Of a stretch of 64,000 bases of DNA, positions 56,198 to 64,000 are shown one piece after another. The translations under genes and the position numbers were made by a program. Source of the DNA: an uncultured Gemmatimonadota bacterium (GTDB lineage: Bacteria > SM23-81 > DAOVCL01); NCBI GenBank assembly GCA_964626665.1, contig CAZVGK010000002.1:32001-96000 (forward strand), read 5' to 3'. The first letter of the stretch is position 1, and each line of letters begins with the position of its first letter. A model generated the notes under the pieces. The model saw nothing but the letters and a program-made list of their open reading frames with translations. It was not told where the DNA came from and ran no database searches.

Positions 56198-57973
56198 ATG
56201 ATGCGCAAAATGCTTAGATTTACTAAGATCACCTTCTGGGTTGTGATTATAGCCTTTGTCGGGTTTATGGTCTTCAATGTAGGAATGAAGGTAACATCTA
56301 CCAAAAGGAGATCGAGTATGGTGGTGGGGGAAGTGAATGGCATCAAGATAAGCTACCAACAGTTTCAGAATACCCTGCGCCGACAATATATGGAAAATCG
56401 GGACAAGGTCAAAGAGATGGATAGTCAGGCAGAAGAGAGGTTAAGGGAAGAAACCTGGAACAACATTGTAAATTACGCCCTTCTCGATCAGGAGGTAAAA
56501 AAGAGAGGGATAAAGGTCTCCAACTCGGAGGTAATTGCCTGGGTGGCTTCCAACCCTCCCCCATCGGTCCTCTCCGATACTACCTTTCGCACTGAGGATG
56601 GGAAATTTGATTACCAAAGATATATGAAGCTCCTCAGCAACCCTTATATCGATTGGAGCTCATTGGAAGAGAAGGCCCGTTCGCTTCTGCCCGTGCAGAA
56701 GCTACAAAACCTGGTCTTCAACACGGTAAGGGTGACTGCCAATGAGGTTGAACAAGAGTATATCAGGAGAAATGAGAAGGTAAAGGTGCGCTGGCTGCAG
56801 GTTCTCCCCTCCGATTTCCACAAGGAGAAGATTCAGGTTTCAGATGAGGAGGCGCAAACCTACTATCAGGAACACAAGGAGGATTTTCAGGAGCCCCCGA
56901 AAACCAACCTCAAATATCTCCTCTTGGCCAAGGAGCCCAGCAAAGCCGATGAGGAGAGCGTCAGGGTTAAAATTGAGGAGATAAGGGATATGGTAATCTC
57001 TGGGGAAGACTTCTCAGACCTGGCCCAGGAATACTCCCAGGGGCCATCGGCAGCTAAGGGGGGAGATCTGGGTTTCTTTGAAAGAGGGAGTATGGTTAAA
57101 CCATTTGAGGATGCTGCCTTCTCCCTCAAGCAGGGTGAGATCTCCCAGCCAGTGAGGACCAGATTTGGCTGGCATATTATTAAAGTGGAGGAAAGGGGGG
57201 AAGACAAGGTTCATGCCCGTCATATTCTCCTCAAGGTAGAACCCTCCCTCCAAACCCTGGATGAGATCAGAAATAGAGCAGAGGACTTCGCCCATTTGGC
57301 GGCGAAGGAAAGGCTGGTTAAAGCTGCCGATGACAGCCTTCAGCTTAAGGAGACCGGCCTCTTCAACCAGGGCAGATACATACCAATGATCGGGGTGAAT
57401 CCAACGATCTCTAAGTTTGTAGAGGAAAACGATGTGGGTAAGACCAGCAGTTTGGTGGAGACAAAGGCCGGATACTATATCTTCCAGATAGTTGAGAAAA
57501 AAGGGGCGGAGGTCCCTCCCCTGTCCGCGGTTAAGGAGAGAATTAAATCTCAATTAAGCCAGCAGAAAAGGAGGGAACTTGCCCTCAGGGAAGCTAAGTC
57601 AATTGCTCAGAGGGCAAAGGAAAAGGGTTCTCTCATCAAGACCGCCAGGGAATACAAACTGAAGACCAAGCCAACGGATTACTTTACCCGCATGGACTAT
57701 ATTCCTGATGTGGGCCGCCTCCCCCGATTTATTGGCACGGCTTTTCGGTTAAAGAAAGGTGAGATAAGCCCCGTGGTGGAGACTGAAAAGGGGTTTTATA
57801 TACTACAGCTTTTAAGCAAAAAGGGAATTGATGAGAAGGGTTTTGCTGAGGAGAAGGATGATTTGAGAAAGGAGATCCTTCAGGCCAAGCGGAAGGAGGC
57901 CTTTACCAAGTGGTTTACAGCAATCAGGGACAAAGCCGTAATCAAGGACTATCGGAATCAGTTTTACAAATAA
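56198..57973 (+). CDS. PpiD/SurA-like parvulin peptidyl-prolyl isomerase
   Basis: N-terminal TM, SurA-N-like region, F..LA..YS..PSA..GGDLG.F..G.MV..FE.AAF, T.FGWHIIK. Confidence 0.92.
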   Translation: MMRKMLRFTKITFWVVIIAFVGFMVFNVGMKVTSTKRRSSMVVGEVNGIKISYQQFQNTLRRQYMENRDKVKEMDSQAEERLREETWNNIVNYALLDQEVKKRGIKVSNSEVIAWVASNPPPSVLSDTTFRTEDGKFDYQRYMKLLSNPYIDWSSLEEKARSLLPVQKLQNLVFNTVRVTANEVEQEYIRRNEKVKVRWLQVLPSDFHKEKIQVSDEEAQTYYQEHKEDFQEPPKTNLKYLLLAKEPSKADEESVRVKIEEIRDMVISGEDFSDLAQEYSQGPSAAKGGDLGFFERGSMVKPFEDAAFSLKQGEISQPVRTRFGWHIIKVEERGEDKVHARHILLKVEPSLQTLDEIRNRAEDFAHLAAKERLVKAADDSLQLKETGLFNQGRYIPMIGVNPTISKFVEENDVGKTSSLVETKAGYYIFQIVEKKGAEVPPLSAVKERIKSQLSQQKRRELALREAKSIAQRAKEKGSLIKTAREYKLKTKPTDYFTRMDYIPDVGRLPRFIGTAFRLKKGEISPVVETEKGFYILQLLSKKGIDEKGFAEEKDDLRKEILQAKRKEAFTKWFTAIRDKAVIKDYRNQFYK

Positions 57974-57988
57974 GAGGATACAGAATTG

Positions 57989-58489
57989 GGGTCAGCCCTC
58001 AGAAAATAGATTTTCTTCGGTCCTTTCACCCAACTCCCTAAACTGGCCATCCCCACTGAGAAGTTCTTTTGCTTTTTGCGATATATAACTCACATTCCCT
58101 CCTGTGTTCCCCCCAAACTCTATACCGATTGCCACATTGGTCGCCCCACCGTACCTCTGAGCCAGATACACGAGCTCTGTTCCCATGACATCCGCCGGCA
58201 CGCAGGACCTCCTCAGATACACCAGCAAGCCCAATTTCTCCACAGCACCTTCGAGGCACTGGAGGAAATGTTGCTGATCAAGCTCATCACCGAAGATCGC
58301 CTATCGTTCGTTCCCTCGGTCTGTGAGGTGATAGAGCGCACCAGGCCACCCAATGCGCAGAGGCCTTGCCATAGGTGAGTAACCTTCAGAGACAAGGAAT
58401 ATCCCAACAAATTATTATAATGGCTTGCCTACTACCGGAATAGTATAGCAACCCAAGAATGTCAATATCTATTTTCTGAGGGCTGACCC
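57989..58489. mobile_element. non-autonomous element with perfect terminal inverted repeats and degenerate transposase C-terminus
   Basis: GGGTCAGCCCTCAGAAAATAGA at 57989-58010 and its exact reverse complement at 58468-58489; related copy at 62902-63224. Confidence 0.8.
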
Positions 58490-58815
58490 AAAGCTTTGGC
58501 GTATTTGTCTTTGTCCGATCGTGCCATCATTGTGCCATCACCGTGCCGTGACCGTGCCATCATCATTTAGTACAAGGAGGGGGGAAGAGGTCACATCTTT
58601 TTTTGATCTTTGCAAGTGAAAGGGAAGTTGATGCTTAACATAATTCAAGACGCCTGAAAGTAAAGATATAACCCCTTTTTATTTTTCCAAGCGACCGCCC
58701 CCCCCTTGAAGGACCTGAACTTACAGAAGTATTGTCAAATGTCAAGGGTTGACCCTACTTTCGCATGATTGGGGGAACTCTACCCTATTTGTCGTAGGAA
58801 ATTTGAAAAAATAAC

Positions 58816-58844
58816 TTGACAATGCCGACCCCAAAAATTATATT
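58816..58844 (+). promoter_or_regulatory. near-consensus sigma70 promoter with no downstream plus-strand CDS
   Basis: TTGACA-N17-TATATT with A-rich upstream tract. Confidence 0.7.
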
Positions 58845-58850
58845 AAGTTT

Positions 58851-58952
58851 GTAATGTAAGTAGCCGATACTTACATTAGTAGTTCTTTACTCAGAGTAAG
58901 GAACCCACAAAGGTCTCTGCCGCTGAACCGTAATCAGCGACATTTTTATTTT
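58851..58952 (+). ncRNA. candidate ~100-nt three-hairpin small RNA
   Basis: follows the promoter; stems at 58852-58878, 58882-58904 and 58918-58942, then a T-rich tail. Confidence 0.5.
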
Positions 58953-58957
58953 CAGCC

Positions 58958-59340
58958 TTACCATCTTGGATTGCTCCTCATCTTCCTCAATGCTGAACGA
59001 CTTCTCACGAGGTAGGCCGTAATGAATCGAGCTTGTGTAGAGTCCTTTGGGTCAATTTGGATGATCACTGCATAAGGAGTGTTTGATTCTAATGCAATCC
59101 TTCGCACCTTTCCGTTCGGTATCACCCTACGATAGATTTCCATCGTTGCATCTTCAAGGACATATTTGATCCAATCGATCCTCTCTGCTCTACTTTTGTC
59201 AAATCGATCCTTAACTGGGAATTTCCGACTACTTGATGAAAAGAACGCGTGATTAAAATTTTCTCGAAAGAATTTCACAGTGATTCCATCGAAGGTCAAA
59301 ACAGAATTCGCCTTTCCTACATATTTGTTGATATGGAGAT
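58958..59340 (-). pseudogene. 5'-truncated BECR/PBECR-like nuclease gene
   Basis: TFDGI.V.F....F.HAFF, R.ERI.WIK..L, Y.VII.......A.FITAY; the frame runs open into the repeat at 59341 with no start/RBS of its own. Confidence 0.55.
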
Positions 59341-59361
59341 TTCGGGGGACACCATACTGAT

Positions 59362-60023
59362 TTATGTTTTTGGCTTTCTGCCTGGCTTCTTAGGTTTTAA
59401 ACTGAGACTAAGCATACTTTCCAATTGGTCAATAGATGCCATGCTGCCCAGTGGCCGGCCAGTCCTTTCATGTTTGCGTATGCTTTGTTCCTCTTCAGAT
59501 GTTACCTTCTCTGAGAGAAAATCTGACCAGTCTTCTTTAACCAGCGAAAGCAATGGTTTCATATTGACCAGTTGGTCATTCTTTCCCCTGATATGAGATC
59601 TCGCACTGCTCAAGCCCACCCCTCAGCTCTATCCACTAACCCAGCCCGCACCGGATTGTTCTCAATATATCTGACACAGACAAGTAAATACCTCTCATCC
59701 ATTACATGGGAAGCAAAACGTCCCTGCCAGAGATGGCCTCTCCATCCTTCACGAAAGTTTACCCGGCGCGTATATCGACGATGGGCCTCTCCGATAGCAA
59801 GCCTGAGACTCTCTCTTTCTGAGGGTACGGCAATGAGATGAACATGATTCGGCATCAGGCAATATGCCCAGATGTCAACATCATACGTCCTGCACCAGTG
59901 TGTCATAAGTTCGATGTAAGCTGTGTAGTCTTCATTTGAGAAGAAGGTTTGCAGCCTTCTGTTGCCCCTTTGGGTAATATGGTGGGGTAAGCCCGGCGCA
60001 ACGCCCCTTGCTATTCTCGGCAT
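59362..60023 (-). pseudogene. REP-associated tyrosine (Y1/RAYT) transposase with a 1-nt frameshift
   Basis: MPR.AR....G..HH.TQRGN.R, AYCLMPNHVHL, GHLWQGRF.S, YIE.NPVRAG; GCT-TG-AGC at ~59610 instead of GCT-TGG-AGC breaks the W.WSSA motif; C-terminus continues in 59362..59619. Confidence 0.88.
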
Positions 60024-60049
60024 AGGGGTAATTTAGTTGGGGGCTACGC

Positions 60050-60083
60050 TTATGTCAAGAAATAAGTATGGTGTCCCCAGAAT
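60050..60083. repeat. RAYT-associated end repeat (AGTATGGTGTCCCC family)
   Basis: copies at 59341-59358 (inverted), 60480-60505, 61407-61441 (inverted, ~34-bp match) and a degenerate one at ~61541. Confidence 0.85.
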
Positions 60084-60095
60084 CATGCCAGAATC

Positions 60096-60480
60096 ATGGG
60101 TAGGTACTTCTCCGGCATTGCTCGGAGAAGGGGCAGGAAGATAGCCAAGCTCTCCTTGGCCAGAAAGATTGCCAAGGGAGTTTACCACATGTTGAAGAAT
60201 AAGATGACCTTCGCTGAATATAAGAGCAGATACTTAGCCAAGTGAGCTCCTCTTTATTCTTTCACCCCATAGGGGTACTTGTCAAGACTGGGCAGCTTGG
60301 CGTCCCGAATAGTGATATCTTGCGTCTCTCCCCGAAGCGCCCATAGAAGAGTGGAGCAAATCCCTTAGATAATTCGGGAGCTTAAACGGGAGGGCACATA
60401 ACCAAGGGAAGGTTAAAATGAGGGAATAAATAAGGAGGGTCGTCTTAGAAAAAAGGGGTTGACGAGCTTCTTTATAGAAG
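60096..60480 (+). mobile_element. IS110-family remnant: transposase C-terminus plus non-coding right end
   Basis: manual translation 60096..60245 ...RRGRKIAKLSLARKIAKGVYHMLK...*; followed by ~235 bp non-coding DNA ending TTGAC...ATAGAAG. Confidence 0.65.
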
Positions 60481-60503
60481 AAATAAGTATGGTGTCCCCA
60501 GAA

Positions 60504-60700
60504 TTACTCCCAATAATATCTGGCCCCATAGTAATATAAACCAAGGCCGGTCTCTGAGTCAAGCTCTTTGCCTGTGAACTTGTGGGTGTTGGCCAGGGAG
60601 CCTGTCTCCTCGCTTACCCTTCCAAAGGGATAGTAGTGGTAGTCTTTAACCACATCTCCAGAGCTGTTGGTGATGACCACAGGTGAGCCAAGGGGTCTAA
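60504..60700 (-). pseudogene. RHS repeat-associated core fragment
   Basis: LGSP..IT...G......Y.PFG....FTGKELD.ETG..YYYGARYY, cut before the DP.G motif. Confidence 0.85.
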
Positions 60701-60819
60701 GTAAAAAATGTAGCTTTGACCCCAATTTGTCTAAAGGATGTTTAGTTCTCTTTCTCAAGATGGGTTTCTTTGGCTTTGTTATGAACTTGTGGAAGTGGGG
60801 AGAGATGGATCGGTGTTGG

Positions 60820-61308
60820 TTAAGATGACTCCTGTTTTTTATTGCTCTTTGTTTCTGTTTGAGAGACTAAAATGACAAGTTGACGTTTTAATAACAGCCT
60901 CTTGGACCAGAAATCAAAAGAATAATGACAAATTAACAAGAATAGTATAACTGGAATCATCACGAGAAATTGGGATACAACCTCAGCAAGGTATGTCATT
61001 ATTTGCGTTAATAATGTATCCCCTTGTGTCACAATCATTTCTAGAGTTCGACCTGTTCGAATCAAACCTAAAAAGACTGTTAACACCAAAATGAGTACGA
61101 CAAGAATCCCCGTTGCCATCTTACCAATAGACAGTTTATTCTCCATTATTAGTAAGGTTCTTTTTACCCGAGAATCCAACTCGAAATCTTGAGAAGTCCT
61201 CAATTCTTCTTCAATCTTTCTTAGCCTCTTGCTTTCCTTCAGATGAACGATTATATTTCCACCTATTATTAGAGCTATAATAGAAAACGATATTATCGAG
61301 TAATACAT
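60820..61308 (-). CDS. AT-rich 3-TM hypothetical protein (possible orphan immunity protein)
   Basis: RBS GGAGAGAGG; three hydrophobic segments; preceded by the cut 3' tail of another ORF (61330-61404). Confidence 0.65.
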   Translation of the reverse strand: MYYSIISFSIIALIIGGNIIVHLKESKRLRKIEEELRTSQDFELDSRVKRTLLIMENKLSIGKMATGILVVLILVLTVFLGLIRTGRTLEMIVTQGDTLLTQIMTYLAEVVSQFLVMIPVILFLLICHYSFDFWSKRLLLKRQLVILVSQTETKSNKKQESS

Positions 61309-61974
61309 TTTCCTCTCTCCAATTAAGGGTTATTCCGTTTCTTTCTTCTTTTCCATTTTCTCTTTGTCCTTAGACTCTCTAAGTTCTTCCATCATCTTGT
61401 AGTACTAATTCAGGGGACACCATACTTATTTCTTGACATAAACATGGCACACAACTTGGCAAATGGGGTCAGGTAAATGAGGTTAGGTTGAAGAGTAGAA
61501 ATAAATACCGCTGCAATTTTGATTCTATGGATTGGGGGGGAATTCGGGACACTTCCTATATTTCTTGGCAGTTGGGCTTGGCAAATTGACTTTGAGGAAA
61601 AGAAAGAACGGAGTGGTGGGGCACGGGACTGAGCACTGGGTATGAGGTTGAGAAAATCCAGGGCCTCAGGGCAATCCGCTTAGTGGAGATCGATCCATTA
61701 GTGGATCGCCTACCTCATTGTTCCATATCCACCCCGCTCTGGGAAACAAAAAAGAACATACCAATCCCACTTTGAGTTACGGGGCAAGCCCTCAGAAAAT
61801 AGACTTTCAAGAATCTCGGAACTTACGATGAGCACCGATCTGAACAGACTGCCATGCTCGTCCTCTCCCCCTTAATCTAACGCCTAATTCTGACTTCCGA
61901 GTCTCTCGGTCTCAAATCAAAAAGGACGAACAGAAATCCCCCCTGCAATTGCCAACGAGACGGTTGTTTCCTTG

Positions 61975-62274
61975 CTACTGTCGGAAAAGCCTCAGAACTC
62001 TGTCTGTTTCCTTCTTCGACACAATTCGGAGGATTAAGACCGTTTGTTGGTGAATTCCATAAAAGAGACGAAAACTATCTATCGGAGTATTTACCCGTAG
62101 CCGGAAGAGAGGATATTTCATACCTTTGATTTTCTTCTTGATGTTGCCGCGGGGGAACGGGTCTTGCTCCAGAATCTTTGCTCTCTTTAAAATGATATCT
62201 CGAGTTCCTCCTGGAAGTTTCGATAGGTCCTTTTGTGCGTGGGAAGCAAATTCAACTCGGAACCTATCGGCCAC
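61975..62274 (-). CDS. RelE/ParE-family toxin
   Basis: F.VEF...A.KDL.KL, L..DPFP, KK.KG, FRLRV, FR.FY.I....V.I.RI. Confidence 0.88.
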   Translation of the reverse strand: MADRFRVEFASHAQKDLSKLPGGTRDIILKRAKILEQDPFPRGNIKKKIKGMKYPLFRLRVNTPIDSFRLFYGIHQQTVLILRIVSKKETDRVLRLFRQ

Positions 62275-62530
62275 GCCTTACTCCTTTGCTAAGGAGAGCC
62301 GTGCGACTTTTTGTCTTTCCTCCTTTTAGTTCTTCTTGGGCTTTTTCGAATTCTCCCTCAAGGTTGTAATGTTTCGCCAGGATAAAATTCTCAATTTCGT
62401 CCTCATGAATCTCGATAAGGAGATATCGTGGTTTCCCAAACTTGGTGATGATGATCGCTTTCTCCCCCTCGAGTTCTTTGAGCAGTTGAGATGTACCTGA
62501 ACTCAGTTCTCTAATGGTGGCAAATTTCAT
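62264..62530 (-). CDS. Phd/YefM-family antitoxin
   Basis: IREL...TS..L, IIT..GKP..LL; overlaps the toxin start. Confidence 0.88.
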   Translation of the reverse strand: MKFATIRELSSGTSQLLKELEGEKAIIITKFGKPRYLLIEIHEDEIENFILAKHYNLEGEFEKAQEELKGGKTKSRTALLSKGVRRGR

Positions 62531-62901
62531 CTATGACCTCCTGCAAAGTGTGACTACAAGTGTATGTACAAAATACTGCATCAGAATCAATTTGTCAAGG
62601 TCTTTTTAGGGGAAATTTCTGCTCAACAAGTGAGGCTGGAAGGTCAGGCCGAAACTTCTCCCCTCAGATCCGGCGGTTAGGAGACCTGTCTGAGAGGGGA
62701 ACGAAAAGTGGCCAATTGGGGGAGGAGCCGGGATGATGGAGGAAATTCTGGATCAAATCGGGCTGGATTTCAGTCGGGAAATAGATATCATCGCTCCTTG
62801 TGGATGATAACATCCATAAGGAGCGCAGATCCCCTCTCGATGACGTTGAGCCTCCCTACGAATTTAACGACAGGTTGAATTCCACCCTCTGCACAGAATT
62901 T

Positions 62902-63224
62902 GGGTTAACCCTCAGAAAATAGATCTTTAGGGACCTCTCTGTTCACTCCTTCAACTGGCTATCCCCACTGAGACACCCTTTCATTTTTTGCGTTACATAG
63001 CTCATATTTGTTCCCGCAATTCCCCCAAACTCTATGCCGATTGCTAAGTTGTTCTCCCCATTGTACCTTTGTCCAGATACACGGGTTTCGTTTCCATGCC
63101 ATCTGCAGGCACGCAGGGCCTCTTCAGATACACCAGCAAGGCCGAATCTCTCCACAGCACCTTCGAGACACTTTAGCAGATGTTGCCGATCACGGTCATT
63201 TTTTATTTTCTGAGGGTTGACCCC
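62902..63224. mobile_element. second, shorter copy of the TIR-bounded non-autonomous element
   Basis: GGGTTAACCCTCAGAAAATA...TATTTTCTGAGGGTTGACCCC; interior homologous to 58011-58290. Confidence 0.78.
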
Positions 63225-63609
63225 AATTTATCCCACTAAGAGGGAAAAGCCAAAAATAAAATCCAAAATACTAATCCCAGCGAGGAAGTAGGTATAGACA
63301 ATATCACGAGTGGGTCTGCGTAAATGTTTTCTCATTATTTGAAGATAATTACGGATGTGCGAAAGGGGAGTCGGATCTTTATCCTCGATTTTTTGCAGGG
63401 GAGAAGCTGATTGATGTGTATGTTATGGCTGAAGATAACCTAAAATCAGAGGTAGAGAGGTAATCCGATTCCCTATTCTAATTTGTCTAAATTTAAGGGC
63501 TGATCTCTTTATGGCCCTTACAAAAAATATACAGATCAAATGGCCTATTGTCAAGCCAAACTTCCGTTGGCTTCCCTCATCATTTTCCTTGCCCAATCAA
63601 AAAGAGGGG

Positions 63610-63637
63610 TTGACTTTGGGCCTGGATTTGCTATAAT
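63610..63637 (+). promoter_or_regulatory. putative sigma70 promoter
   Basis: TTGACT-N16-TATAAT with extended TG. Confidence 0.6.
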
Positions 63638-63685
63638 AAGGCCGACCCATCGTTACCTGAAAATTATAATCTTAAGGAGGCCTTT

Positions 63686-64000
63686 ATGTCCTTTTTTTCC
63701 ATTGTGGCCAAGGGGGGATGGTTGATGGTGGCCATCTTCATCTGTTCTTTGGTGGCGGTGGCCATTATCGTGGAGAGGTGGATAGCCCTGCACAAGGCGA
63801 GGATAAATACCCACTCCTTCTTTATGGAGATTAAGGGATTGATCCTGAGGGAGGAGATAACCGAGGCCATTGAGAGGTGCAAGAAGACCCCCGGTCCAGT
63901 TGCCTCCATATTGAAGGCCGGCATAGAAAGGCAAAAGGAGACCAAGGAGGAGGTCAAGGAAGCTGTGGAGAGCTCGGGGAAGGTGGAAGTGCACCAATTG
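63686..64000 (+). CDS. MotA/TolQ/ExbB proton-channel protein (runs off the window)
   Basis: manual translation MSFFSIVAKGGWLMVAIFICSLVAVAIIVERW...GPVASILKAG; RBS AAGGAGG. Confidence 0.88.
   Translation, partial: MSFFSIVAKGGWLMVAIFICSLVAVAIIVERWIALHKARINTHSFFMEIKGLILREEITEAIERCKKTPGPVASILKAGIERQKETKEEVKEAVESSGKVEVHQL

Noticed and set aside
58519-58566. GTGCCATCA tandem repeat as an iteron or operator
   Set aside because: Only four degenerate units next to an element end and no replication gene; more likely an end-associated duplication
59605-59620. Programmed recoding in the RAYT gene
   Set aside because: No slippery heptamer; a single-base loss in a Trp codon (mutation or sequencing error) explains it
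63653-63997. Minus-strand ORFs at the right edge
   Set aside because: Antisense shadows of the plus-strand ExbB/TolQ-like gene

Overview
Gram-negative bacterial chromosome segment (LPS, TonB and FtsEX genes; C-terminal QNYPNPFNP/FlgD-Ig sorting domains suggest an FCB-group candidate phylum, which is an inference). 0.2-16 kb is the downstream part of an extracellular contractile injection system (eCIS/PVC-Afp-like): tail chaperone plus DUF6760, tube, DUF4157 protein, LysM tube initiator, VgrG, PAAR, gp25, baseplate J and I, a fibre-anchor/DUF4159 fusion and a membrane-anchored Ig/helical-repeat protein. The sheath, ATPase and cap genes are not in the window. 16-58 kb is mostly housekeeping and secreted proteins (NatAB-like ABC, phasin/UbiB, TonB receptor, pdxA-ftsEX-envC-holB-ricT-metG, lpxL-waaF, dtd-maf-rodZ, C1A peptidase, Rsb-type partner switching, PpiD/SurA). 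58-63.3 kb is a mosaic of Y1/RAYT transposase remnants, repeat-bounded toxin-locus fragments, an IS110 end, a candidate structured small RNA convergent on a nuclease-like gene, and a Phd-RelE pair. An exbB/tolQ-like gene starts at the right edge. Intergenic DNA is densely populated by several nested repeat families. The strongest leads are: a G7 -1 frameshift site fusing the eCIS chaperone to DUF6760; heptamer-armed cassettes that carry or lack a four-helix-bundle gene; a 3-copy ~175-nt covarying multi-hairpin element; the sRNA/nuclease pair; and the RAYT-end-bounded fragment array. All family assignments come from motif recognition by eye, not from database searches.
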